DNA of 64,000 nucleotides from the NCBI RefSeq assembly GCF_009914755.1, contig NC_060926.1. One strand, given 5' to 3'. The notes below the pieces were generated by a model. It saw only the letters and a list, made by a program, of their open reading frames with translations, was not told the origin of the DNA and made no database searches. Shown here piece after piece: positions 26,209-38,223 of this stretch. Numbering within the stretch: position 1 is the first letter of the stretch; every line of letters begins with the position of its first letter. Origin of the DNA: the human T2T-CHM13v2.0 reference genome, Homo sapiens. The translations under genes were made by a program, and so were the position numbers.

Positions 26209-26964
26209 ATTAACAAAAGGTGAAAGCAGAGATAGGGAAAGGTATGAAAACTGTTCAGCTAACTAGTTTTTCACATACTGCCTCTGGTAGAAGACAAGTG
26301 TTTCAAATTAGTCATCTATATAGGAATTTCCTTACAATGAAAAAGGGGAGGCCATGAGAGTAGGCTATATCCTTGCCTCTGGTTCACGCCTTCTAGACTC
26401 AGGAGCATGTCTAGGTCTGGGCATATTAATTCTTTCTCCTGTGTAAGATTAGCCACAGAGATTTTAACATCACTCAAGTGGTCAAAGAGAAATCACACTG
26501 CCATTTAGCATCATTGAGCCTGAATAAAGAGAGGATTCTTACTTGAAGGTGGGGAAAAAATACAATAAAATAAACAAAACATAGGGCCCTTAGAAAGGTA
26601 CTCCTATATGGAATAATGTTCTAACCATGCAGGGGAAAGGCATGGTTATGCCATGAAAAGTGTTTTTAAAAACCCTTTAGAAAGGATTTCGTTTTGTCAG
26701 TGAAATTCTAGACAGCACTGACTCAAGAAAAACAAGATCAATAAATAAGTTAAAATTCAATTTCAAGTTAAATAATATCAATAATGTGGATCTAAAACCC
26801 AAAGACAGAAAAATAGAAAAATAAGATCATTTCAAATCCTAAAAAATATTTCATTTAAATAATCAAGAGCCAAAAGTTATTGTATTATTCTTAAAACTAG
26901 AAAATATAGAGAAAAAAAAAACTAGGCTTGAGATTTCTGTGAAACTTAGAGATAATCTCTAATT

Positions 26965-27152
26965 CAGCGGCTCCCAAAGTATGTGTCTCAGATCATCACC
27001 ATCACCATCACCTGGGATCTGGTTTAAAATGCGAATTCTCAGGTCATGCTCCAGACCTATAGAATCAGAAACTTTGGGAGTGGGACCAGGCAATCTGGGT
27101 TTAACAAGCCCTCCAGGTGATTCTGACACCTACTGAGATTTGAGAACCACTG
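26965..27152. mobile_element. MER5A (hAT-Charlie MITE)
   Basis: cagcggctcccaaagt...catcacctggga...gaatcagaaact...aacaagccctccaggtgattctga...tttgagaaccactg; TIR-like ends. Confidence 0.88.
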
Positions 27153-27335
27153 CTCTAGTAGAAGGTGAAACATGCTGTAAACTTTCATAATCAGCAGGTA
27201 AATTTAATTTAAACATAAGCCACAGTGCAAAAGGCATTTACTACTACATTCATTTACTCAGAAAATATTTATGGGTTAACTCTCAAGTCCCTACCACCAT
27301 TCTAGGTGCTAGATCTACAATAGTAAACACTTCAG

Positions 27336-27413
27336 GAGTTAGAGACCAGCCTGGGTAACATAGTGAAAGGCTATCTCTCCAAAATCTGTTTATTACATTT
27401 TTAAAAATTAAAA
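27336..27413 (+). mobile_element. 5'-truncated Alu left-monomer/FLAM fragment
   Basis: gagttagagaccagcctgggtaacatagtga...; 17-bp TSD aatagtaaacacttcag at 27319-27335 and 27414-27430. Confidence 0.8.
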
Positions 27414-27537
27414 AATAGTAAACACTTCAGTCATAGAGTAGTCTATAAGATACAAGGAAAATTTTGAACAATGAAAGAGCAAGAATGTGTGAAAAACAGG
27501 ATACATAAAAAAGATAACATCTACAAACAACCCAAAT

Positions 27538-28310
27538 TACTATGATTTGAATGTGTCCCTGATATGGTTTAGATATTTTGTCTCTTCCAAATCTCATGTC
27601 GAAATGTGACTTCTGGTGTTGGAGATGAGGCCTAGTGGGAGGTGTTTGGGTCATGGGAGCAGATCCCTCATGAATGGCTTGGTGCTGTCCTCACAATAAT
27701 GAATGAGTTCTTGCTCTGAAATAATGAGACATCTTGTTGTTTAAAAGAGTGTAACATCTTCCCTCCCCAACTGTCTTGCTCCCTCTCTGGCCATGTGATA
27801 TTTCTGCTCCCTTTTGCCCTCAGCCATGATCATAAACTTCCTGAGGCCCTTGCCAGAAGCAGATGCTGGCACCACACTTCCTGTACAGCCTGCAGAACCA
27901 TGAGCCAAAATAAACCTCTTTTCTTTATAAATCACCCAGCCTCGGATATTTATTTATAGCAATGCAAAAACAGACTAATACCATCTCCCAAAGCTAATAT
28001 GTAAGAAATTTAATCCCTAATGCAGCAGTATTGAGAGGCAGGACCTTTAAGAGGCAGAGTTCTCATGAATAGATTAACTTCATTACCACAAGAGTGGGAG
28101 TATTGTAAAAGGGAGCTCGGCTCCTTCTTGCTATCTCACCATGGAATGCCTCCCGCCATGTTATGAAGCAGCAGGAAGGGTCTCCCCAGATGCAGCCCCT
28201 CGATCTTGAACTTTCCAGCCTCCAGAACTGTGAGCCAAATACATTTCTATTGGTTATAACTTACCCAGTCTGTGGTATTCTATTATAGAAACACAAAATA
28301 GAAAAATGCA
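27538..28310 (+). mobile_element. MSTC/MSTD-like LTR interrupted by MSTB
   Basis: tactatgatttgaatgtgtccc (27538-27559) resumes at ~27984 with cccaaag...ccagcctccagaactgtgag...acccagtctgtggtattc. Confidence 0.75.
27560..27983 (+). mobile_element. MSTB-like MaLR solo LTR (nested)
   Basis: tgatatggtttagat...gcagatccctcatgaatggcttggtgc...gtacagcctgcagaaccatgagcca...gactaatac. Confidence 0.9.
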
Positions 28311-30382
28311 TATAAGGGATCTATACTTTTCAAAATCAGAACATCAAAATGCTCAGATTGGATAAAAACAAGAGTCAACATTTTGCCACTTAAGAAAGAC
28401 ACATGCAAATCTTTATTATTGTTGAAGATTAGCCAGGCAAATGTAAAGAAATGTAAGTGAGTGGAACAATGTTTGTTTCAGAGAAAATACAACTCAGGAC
28501 GAAAATAATATAACTGGAATGAAGGAGGGAAACATAAGTACCACTTGTGAGAGGCAGTGCTGTCCAGACCTGGTTTTAAAAGGCTTCCTAGTGTGCTATG
28601 TGGTAGGGTGAGAGCCAGTTGTATCTAAAGGGCTAAGGGTATGGTAAGCACAACTAAATTCTCTTTCTTTCATACCACTGGTAGTAGAGATGATGCTTTA
28701 AGCCATACATGTAAAGTACTTTAAAATACGCATTTTTTAATAGAAATTATATTTAGCTTAGCAAACCTACAGTTTTAAGGGTATTATTGTTTAGGACATG
28801 GCTAATTTTTTTATAAAAAGTTAATTTTAATAAATGATTGAGCAAATAATAGTACATACTCCATATCTCCTCTTGATCATGAGATGATCAGACTGAAAGA
28901 GGCATTAAAAAGAAAACTGAAGTTTAAGCAATGCTGTGATAATTAAGGCAGTTGAAATGACCAGACTGAGTGAAATTAATCCATTGTTCACCATGAAGTC
29001 CTTCAAAGCCGTAGAACAAAATCTGCCATTATAATCTCAGGAGTCAGGATGGTGACTTTTTTCAAAAGCCATTAAGACCAAAGGTACCCTCGTCCTCATA
29101 CTTTTTATCTTGCTGCAACCTATTTTTTTTTTTTAAACAGCAATATGTTGTGTTCTATAGTCTCTCACATAGTAACACAGCTGTGAAGAGAAGGTAGTTC
29201 TCAGGAACCTATTTGAAGCTACTCTAGCAACTAAAGTTCAATGTTCTTAAGCTAAGGAGAGGAAGTCCTAATAGCTTTACATTCGAGACTGCCTCACCTT
29301 GTGAAAGATTATCTTCTGCATACAACACAGAAGTTCTGTTCCTGCTTCCCTGGCCCATCTGCTCTGCTTCTGTACAGACCTCCCACTGCATTTTTCATTA
29401 GCTTTTTAGAGGATCTATAATAATAAGATAAGGAAGATTTAGCCTCTCATCCATATTAACATGCTTCCAGTGTAACAGTATTGAATTTTGAGGAACCATT
29501 TTAGGAAAGAATCACAATCACAATTTTACTCATTCGGTTCTTCTCTGCCTCAAATTGCCGGTTGGAGACAAATTCACCAGTCACTGCAAATATTAGCTAT
29601 GGATAACACACAACATATGGCAAAAAGCCAGAATATTTCATAGATCTGAGTCAGGTGACTCCGGTGATTAGTGAAACATCATACATTTCTACCCTTGAGC
29701 TGAACAGGAATGAGACAGTCAAGGAAAGGACTAGAAGGCAGCTCCATATGGTGCCAAGACAGCCTGTCAGGGCTATTGGAGGGATGTAGCTTTTCTGCTT
29801 AGTACTGTCTAGAAATCATTGATTCAGAGAATGTTGTGCCTGGAAAGAGCCTAAGACTCATCTTCAAAATGAGGATGCTGTGGTAACAGCCTTTTTAAAG
29901 TTAAAGACAAGCCTAGATCCCAGGAACCTTTCTTTTCTGTCTTCTACTAAATGAGCCACTCATCTGGAGAAAAATGACATGAATACAAAATTCAATGAGG
30001 CTTGAGGCATCTCAAAGCCAAGGGTTTGGCTGAACATATACGTTTACAGAATTGTAAATGTTTAAATTAAATATGACCCCATAGGCAGAGGTAATAAGAA
30101 GGAAAATTATTTCAGAAGTCATGACAAACTTGATTCAATATTTGTTTGTGTATAATTATTAGCATTGTAAGTCAGAGAGATATTTAAGACAGTCAGTCTG
30201 GATTTCAGCTATCTCTCCAGAGATTCTTGCAGAAAAAAATAATAAAATTAGAATAGGTGCATGTATAGTTAGTGGGAGTAGTTCTTAGATAAGCAAACAT
30301 AGACAAAGAATATTGTTTAGCAGATTACTATTCTAGAGACCTCAAGAGGTTTGCCATGGATTTTTGATAGCCTGCAGGATTG

Positions 30383-30489
30383 TTTAAATCAGCAAATTAA
30401 ATAAACATAAAAGTTACTAACTGTACCTATAGCAATTTAATCAGCAAATTAAATAAACATATAAAAGTTACCAACTGTACCTTCAGCAA
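30383..30489. repeat. ~53-bp tandem duplication
   Basis: aatcagcaaattaaataaacat..aaagttac.aactgtacct..agcaa occurs twice (30383-30435, 30436-30489). Confidence 0.92.
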
Positions 30490-30933
30490 ATGCTGTTGGT
30501 GCTGTGTCCACACCTTTTCACTGTTACTGCTTTGGGGCATTCTGGCCTGACTTCAAACTGCTAGTACCTCCATTTTTTTGCATCTCTGGTTCCTACAGCC
30601 TGCTTTGACCACCTTCACAGCAGGACTGATATGCTGGAAAATTAACATTCCTTAGGATCAGCTCCCAAGCAGTGACTTCTGGGATCTGAAGAACAAATTC
30701 CCCAACTCCTCCCTGGATGAAGATCACTTTGAGGGACATTTCTACACTGGTCCCAGTGGACTCAAGTGTCAGTTACCCACCGTGGTAATGTGTCTGGTTA
30801 CAAATTCTTGTTGATTCCTTTTCCTCATACATCTCAATTCCTTACTTATCTACTGATATTTCCTGAGATAATATCCCATGTAAAACACCTGACTCAAATA
30901 TTTCTCTCACTTCTGGGAGTACCCAAACTAAGA
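30482..30933 (+). mobile_element. LTR16A (ERVL)
   Basis: tgctgttggtgc...gacttcaaactgc...ttctacactg...cagttacccaccgtggtaa...ttctgggagtacccaaactaaga. Confidence 0.8.
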
Positions 30934-32737
30934 AAACTGGTACTGAATGTAATTCCAGGAAGGGATTTTCAGAATGCTATCTTGAAATGGGGTTGCTTTC
31001 ATGATGGTTGGCAGCAAGATCTCGGTGGTGGTGGTAAGTGAAGATAAAGATAACCACTGGCATGCTGCCACATCAAAATTAGTAAGACTCTTCCTGTAAT
31101 GAATTGAGTGATAGGGGATACATTGACTTACCTAGTATCACCAGCATTTGAGAGATATGAATACAAGCTTTCTGGGTGATGCTCGGTGCCCTCAGTGCTC
31201 CAGAGGAAGAAAACATAGGCTTAGGGCAGGCAACTCATGTATTTTCATGTATTTCATGAAAGCAATAGGGCTTCATTGCAGGCAGCATTGAAAGAGACCC
31301 CTATCTTAGTGGTATCAGACTGTACTCAAAATTAGACCTAATATTTGAGCTTAATATCTGATTTTAAGAATAACTGGGTTACAAAGAAGGCTAATTCATA
31401 TCCTCAGCAAGTCTCGTATGCTAAAGTCAAGGCCCTGATGGAAAGCGGGGCAGGGGTGCACTTGAGGTCTGAGATGAGGACATCTGAATAGATGTGCTTG
31501 AGAACCTTGAACCCTCATATTTCTCTGCACAGAAGTGCCCCCAGTTCCCCTTGATGGGGAATAGCAGCCTTCTCTTGCCTGGAGAAGTCTAAGGAAAAGA
31601 CTTCATTGAGATAGATGCTATAAAAAAATACCATAAACTTGGTGGCTTATAAATAACAGAAATTTACTTCTTGCAGTTCTCTAGGCTGGGAAGTCCAAAA
31701 TAAAGACACTGGCAGAGTCACTGTCTGATGAGGACATGCTATCTGGTTCATAGATGGTACCTTTGCACCATATTCTCACAAGGCAGCAGGGCATGACAGC
31801 TCTCTGGAGTCTCTTTTATAAGGGCACTAATCATATTAATGAGAGGTGAGGCCTCATGACCTAATCACCTACGAAAGGCCCCACCTCCCAATACCATCAG
31901 GTTAGTAATTAGGTTTTAACATATGAATTTTGGGGAGACCCAAACATTCAGACCATAGTAGATGACTAATAGTAAAGGTAGGCCTTCTCTCTTACAGACT
32001 GATCACTAAGGTCAAGTTTTAGCTTGGCCTTCCTGGGAAATACACTATCACCCACCAAAGAGCTGTAGTGGGACCTCGAGAAAATAGCTGGTAATAGATC
32101 TTGAGGATGCTGAACTGGTGGTGGGGACAGAATGTAAAGCTAAATAAAAGAGAGTTTACTAATATGGGGAATTGTCTTGTGACTCTTGTTTTAATGTCCT
32201 GGAAAAGCCCCTGGAGATAATCCTAATGTGTATTTGAGATGGCTCCTTGGAGCTTGGACACAAAGATGCCCTATAGTATAGGAGATAAAGATGCAAGAAC
32301 TTCCTTGACAGAATATAGTGGAAGGGATCAAAAGGTTCATAGAGGTGAGCAAGGCAGAATTCACTTATTATCAAAGCACTCACTGACCGGGTTCCTCAGG
32401 AAGCCTGCAGAAGATTCCCTTCTCAAAAGCACAAAGGAAATAATTAGTGAGGGGAGAGCCAGTGATATTGAGAAGCTCATGGTGGCTGTCCCCTGTAGGC
32501 AGGGGCCTGATGGTAGTGAATTCTGCTAAAAACAAGTTGACCTAGTATCAACAGGCATGATGAGATTGCAGATTGGCATAGTTCAGGTGGCAACTCTTAG
32601 CCATCAGAGGCAAAGGGGATGTAATGACCATAATGGTCAGCAAGATCAGAATAACAGAGAGGAATCTCTAGTCTGCTGGAATCTGTGGCGATGGCTAAGA
32701 GGCCTCGGTGTTCCTAGCAATGAGATAGATGGACAAC
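30934..32737 (+). mobile_element. HERV16/ERV3-16A3-type internal (gag-region) remnant
   Basis: Immediately follows LTR16A (ctggta..., PBS-like position); ERVL gag-like remnants (tatgctaaagtcaaggccctgatgg; ORF 32557 with LWRWL..LGVP.NEIDGQP). Confidence 0.65.
31616..31960 (-). mobile_element. MLT1A-like MaLR LTR inserted in ERVL internal
   Basis: aataccataaacttggtggcttataaataacagaaattt...ttttataagggcactaatc...aaacattcagaccatag. Confidence 0.85.
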
Positions 32738-33221
32738 CTGGAGGATGGCACACCCCATGGAGAAGGCATGGAAGCTCTGTGCCTCTACCTGCATACCTCA
32801 CCCCATGCACCTCTTCATCTGTATTCTTTGTAACATTCTTTGTAGTAAGCCATACAATGTAAAGCAGTGTTTCCCTGAGTTCTGTGAGCTGCTCACACTA
32901 ATTAATTATAACTCAAGAGGGGGTGAGGGGAACCCCAATTTATAGCCGGTTAGAGGCACAGGTAAAACAACCTGGGGCTTGTGATTGGCGTCTGAAGCCA
33001 GGGGCAGTCTTGAGGAACAGAGGCCTCAACCTGTGGGATCTGATGTTATCTCCAGCAGCTAGTGTCAGTTGAACTGTGTTGGGAGGACACCTGGCTGGTG
33101 CCTACTACAGAACTGATTGCGTGGGTGGTGTGTGGGGAAAAAACCCACACATGTGTACAGAAAAGTCTTCTGTGTTTATTCTTTTGGTGTGACAACAGAG
33201 GAGAAACTGTTTTTTCTACAC
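32738..33221 (+). mobile_element. MER21 LTR, 3' part
   Basis: ggcatggaagctctgtgcc...gtttccctgagttctgtgagc...tcaacctgtgggatctga...aaacccacacat. Confidence 0.8.
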
Positions 33222-33796
33222 AGCAGTAGATATGCAGCTAAAAATTCCAAGGTTTCGATGTGTCCATTTTTTGGACCAGTCATTTTTTCCAAGCAGATTG
33301 AATACAGTTATCCATGTTGGAAATAAGTGTTTGACACAACCAGGTTAGTTAGAACCTCTGTGTTGGGGCTTGTTTCTCATTTTCTTGTGTGCGGAATGGG
33401 AGCATTTCAAGCCACCTCAGAGGGGCCAGATCGTTACCAAGGCTCTATCTATGCGGTATGTTAGAAATTGATGCTGGACTGCTCAGAACAGAAAGAAAAT
33501 ACACCTGAGGTGTACTGAGCTCTTATACAGCATGAAAGGGATCCACAACTCCTTCCTGGATACTCCCAGGGGGAGATCAGTTAAAAAGCTAAGCACCTGA
33601 AAAATATGCAGTGATCCCACAGCAAAGATCTTAAAATATTGACAGCCTAAGCCAGCAGCTAAAGGAAGGCTATATTTGAGAAGTGGATGTGCACACCCAA
33701 GCAAACTTGTGCCGAAGTCAGCAAGGAAAGACTGCTGAGCCTAACCAGGCTGAAGGAAGCAGCACCAAGTTCACTTTTCGTTCTACCCAAAAGATT

Positions 33797-33977
33797 TCCA
33801 AGGGTGGCCCTCAGGCAACCCGCAGTGGGTCACCTGGGGTAATAAGTAAACTGCAGACCCTCCAAGTCCTCTGCACATACTATAGAACAGAATTTCTGAA
33901 GGCATAGCTTTGGAATCTGTACTTTTAAAAAACAAGTTCCTCAGGTTATTATTCAAGCAGTCATCAAAAATCATTGC
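33797..33977. mobile_element. MER5-like hAT MITE (diverged)
   Basis: tcacctgggg...cagaatttctg...ggaatctgtactttt..aacaagttcctcaggt. Confidence 0.5.
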
Positions 33978-34034
33978 AGTTTATCCAGAAACTTTTTACC
34001 TCTTTCTTCACCTGGGTAACTACCACTTTGAAGA

Positions 34035-34275
34035 AAATTCAAAGGATATCTTCTCCAGGAAGACTTCCCTCAAGCAGGGTTAAATGCCCATCTTCTGGGC
34101 TCCCCTAAGCACAGAGGGCATAACACATGATCACTCTTATTGTATGCACTACTATCAAGTGCCTGTTACTTGCCAGTTCCTAGAGGGCAAGAACTATATT
34201 TTCTTCATACTAACTTCCCCTGGATCTAGCATGTTCACTAACTCATGGGCCACTTCAACTAAACCTAGAATGAAA
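34035..34275 (+). mobile_element. L2 3' fragment
   Basis: cttctccaggaagacttccct...agttcctagagggcaagaactat. Confidence 0.6.
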
Positions 34276-36424
34276 TGCTGTCAGAGAGATAAATCACCTG
34301 CTATAAACTTTATTTAGGGCCCTGGGTTTAGAATCCAGTACAGGATGGCCACTGGTGGCTGGGGATAGGAGTGGTGAATTAAAGTAACAAAACTTTGTCT
34401 TCTTGCTCTCCCCACTTATTGTCTGTGATTTTTCTCCTATAGAGCATCTCTCTTCTTCCTTTGTTTCTTCTCACAATCCAGAAGTTTCTGCTTCTCATAT
34501 CCTGTTAGGCTCAGCCCAGGAAATCTTGGGGATTCATTTCTAGTTTCACAGGAAAAACATTGAATTGGTCACTTAAAAAGGGTAAATTTTGAGATGTGAA
34601 CTATATCTCAAGGAAACTGTAAAAAAAATATATGACAAAGAAGAATCCCATGATTTAGTCAATGCCAAACTCTTAGGAACCATGCACTATACTCTGGCTT
34701 TCTGAGCCTGCAGCTCTTCTTCTCTTTTTGGTCCTTTTTTTTCTGATGTGCAATCTGCTTCCTTGCTAATGTCAGCCTTGATATTCTCACATCAGAGTGA
34801 CGCCAGTCCCAAGGCCTCTTATCTGGTTTCTAACAACCCCCTGCTTTGCTAATTCTTGGTAATTGAGCTCACCTGCTTCAGGCCACACACTGGACTCTGA
34901 TATTGACTTCTACCTTGCTCTTACATGGCAGCAATTGCACAGGCTGGGTGCCTATTCCCACAGCCCCTACTACCCATTACCTGTTCCTCTCTATGCAGCT
35001 CCCACCTCTCAGGCATTTGAGACTCTCAGGTTCTCAGAAATCTTCTCAGATAACCCTCAGGGTGAGCATAATCCACTGTGTCCCACTCTGAAAAAATGCA
35101 CTTGAGGTCATAGCTCACCATTTTAGTTAAGTATTAATTTCTTTGTTACTAGCTCCAGGGCAGCAGAGTGGTTTGAGGGAATGAAGGAATAAAAGAACAT
35201 GTGTTCCATTAAGGGGGTTTTCCATCTCACCCTACCTTTCCCTCTTTGTCTCCTGAGTCTTCCAGGTAGGTGCTGCTTCTCTTTTAGGCACATCTTTCTC
35301 TGCAGGAGTAAACTAGGGATTTAAAAAAAAATGAGGAAACAGGAAAACTGGAAGATGCCAGAAGGCTGCATATTTAAAACCTGAGCTGGAAAAGAAAGAG
35401 AAGCAAAATAAGTCTGTATAGTCTGACTTTGGAGCCATGGCATGAGGCAGAAGTCAGACTTTGGAAAAGTTATGAGACATGAAAGTGAGAGAGATGAGAA
35501 GGGAAAGAGGCTTTTAAGAAAATTTTCTGTGAATAATAAATATATTCTCCCTTTGGCGATTCTTCTAGTAAGTAATAAATTGCTTTTCAATTTTTTTGGC
35601 TATGGGAGGTTTTTTATTGCAATATCATGATAATAGAGCCTAGAGAAGGGGTGGCCTTTATATGGGTGATAGAAGCATGTCTAGATCCTGAAACCACTGT
35701 TCCCAGGTGGTGGCTTCCCCCTGTAATGCACACGTGGGTCACTAAACCCAGATAAAATAGCTTTTGTGACATAACAGATAAGGAAAACAGAATTCTTGGA
35801 AAGACTGATAGCGAGAGAGCTGTTTACTGGCCATAGCACAGGGACAGAAGTTGGGGAATCAGAGTGGCGAGGAAATAACAATTTATTCCTTATGAAGTAG
35901 CTAATGTGATTAGCTTTTTGGTATGTGTGCATGGAGAGGCAGGCAGCTGGAGACAGTCTTTTTGATCTCTGGCTGTCTGAGTAGAGGATCATACCAGTGG
36001 GTGGAGGCAGCTCTCAGATCTCCCGCTCTGAGCAGGAGTCTGACTCTTTGAAGTGTTCCCCTCTCTACTTTTACTGCTAACAGACAGTGAGGAAGAAGGC
36101 TACGTCCCTAGGGCAGGTCAGGAGGCCTTGAAGTTTCCCCAGTAAGAGGAATTTAACAGAGATGACCATGGGAAAGGCTGTAAAGTAGTTCAAGCTGCAT
36201 TTCAACATCTCTCCATTACCCTTTGGCTCCATCCCTATCCCAGGTGAATAGCAGGTATATTTTTTTGCTTCTCCTGATTACTGAAAGCTTTTCCATGGAG
36301 CCCTTATCGGCCTAGATCATATTCTATGCCATAACCTTCCTCGTCTCCCATCAAAACTGCCCTGAACCCATTTCATGAGGTCCTTAGTGTGAACCAAATT
36401 CATACTGGTCTCTAGTGACTTACA

Positions 36425-36560
36425 GCAATAATAATACCTAACATTATTGAAGGCCAACTATGCCTTAGGTCCTATTTTAAGGTCTCTACCTCTGTTAGCT
36501 TTTCTAAGACTTACGATACCCCTTTTATAAAGTTGGTGATATTATCTGTTCAAATCACTT
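36425..36560 (-). mobile_element. MIR fragment
   Basis: aataataatacctaacattattgaaggccaactatgcc. Confidence 0.55.
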
Positions 36561-37544
36561 AAGGTAGACAACTGACTACTGTGCTAAAAATACAACACAT
36601 TTGGCGGCCAGGAGCAATGTATGATCTAATAATTATATGAAAACTCCAGTCTTGATTTCACCAAGATTTCAGATCTCTTCCTGAAAATTCTTGATGATTC
36701 CCTGTTTATGTGCCCATAACAGATTAAAAAAAAGAGAGCAGAACAAAACACTCTTTATATTAGCTTCCAATTAAAAACTTCAAAAACCAAACAAAAATGG
36801 TGTATAATTTATAATTATTTTGATATAGTACATCACATAATGTTCCTAGCTTAGATTGTCTTCTTAAGATATTTCAGAACAAGAAGAGATATTCTGTTAA
36901 TATTACTTATTGGACATCATGCCAGTCACATATTTGACTGGAGCATAAAACAAATGACCAAGACAGACACAGCCTTTACACTTAAGGAAATTAAAATTTA
37001 GATAAAAGATTCTTGAGAATACTTGGTATAATACCTTGCCACTGTAAATTGGATTTTTAAAATTTTGTTTTATTAAACAAAGTGTTTAAACAGCAATAAT
37101 TACACCCATTTATTTTCATCATTTCATTGTAATTTTTATGTGTTTTCTATTCATCCAATGGCTGAATTCTGTTTTTGTCTTGTTTTCACCTAACTTTTGA
37201 TAGTGAAATTTAACCCATTTACATTTATTGAGATAACTGATATGTTTACACTCATCCCTATTTCAGACAGACTCTTTGTTTTACTTTATTAACTAGGTTA
37301 TGTTTTGTTGCAAGGAACAGACAATTGGACAAACATTGGCTTAGATTATGGTGGTAGTTATTAACTTAATGAAAAGTATAATGTTAGGTGGCTCCAGGAT
37401 TGATTTAGCAGTGCCATATCAAGGTACATGGTGTTCCTCTACTAAATTTGCTTGTCTTTTTTTTTATGGTTTCATGTTGGCTTCTCAGCACAAAGTATTT
37501 CTTTACCATGCAACAACATTCAAAACCAGTTAGTATCAACAAAT

Positions 37545-37685
37545 AATACTGATATAATATTTATTTTGTATCAGGACTGTTCCAGAGACTTCACAGATAT
37601 TACTCATTTTATCCTTAGGGCAACCTATCAGATAGGCATTATTATCATCTCCAGTTTACAAATAAAGACTGAAACACAGAGAACA
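37545..37685 (-). mobile_element. MIR
   Basis: tattactcattttatcct...caacctatcagatagg...cagtttacaaataaagactgaaacacagag. Confidence 0.75.
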
Positions 37686-37708
37686 ACTAATTAAAACATT
37701 ATAATTAA

Positions 37709-38223
37709 TCCTTTTTCCATTTGCCCTGAGAATACTCACTGGTGGCACCTGTGGCTGCAGCATTTAGCCTGAGATAACTTTGCCACAAAATATCTTGCTT
37801 TCATTATTATTTTCACCTCGCTCTAGTATATTGACTTTGGAAACAAAGAGATCATTCTATTTATAGCATTCTGTTTTAAGGAGTGGTATTTCCACTTAGA
37901 AAGTATAGTAATTCTTGATTGCTGAAAATGTCCAATCCTAGAAAACATAGCATTCCTATGGGTTATAGTAACATCATTATCAAACAGTCATTGGCCAAAG
38001 ATTCACTTGATGATTCTGGTTTTCTGAAATAGATGATTCTGATGATTCAGACAATTCTGATGTTAGTTCTGTTTAGAAATAGCTCCAAAAACAGTTTTTA
38101 TATTTTATTTTCACATTGAAAATTAGTCAGATTTGCTTCAGCCTCAAAGAGCATGTTTATGTAAAATTAAATGAGCGCTGACAGCAAGCTGCACTTTTTT
38201 TTTTTTTCTAAATGGGAAAAGGG
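37709..38223 (+). mobile_element. MER75 (piggyBac-family MITE), complete
   Basis: TIRs tcctttttccattt / aaatgggaaaaggg; TTAA at 37705-37708 and ttttaa at 38224-38229; internal gagataactttgccac and gattctgatgattcagac. Confidence 0.92.
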
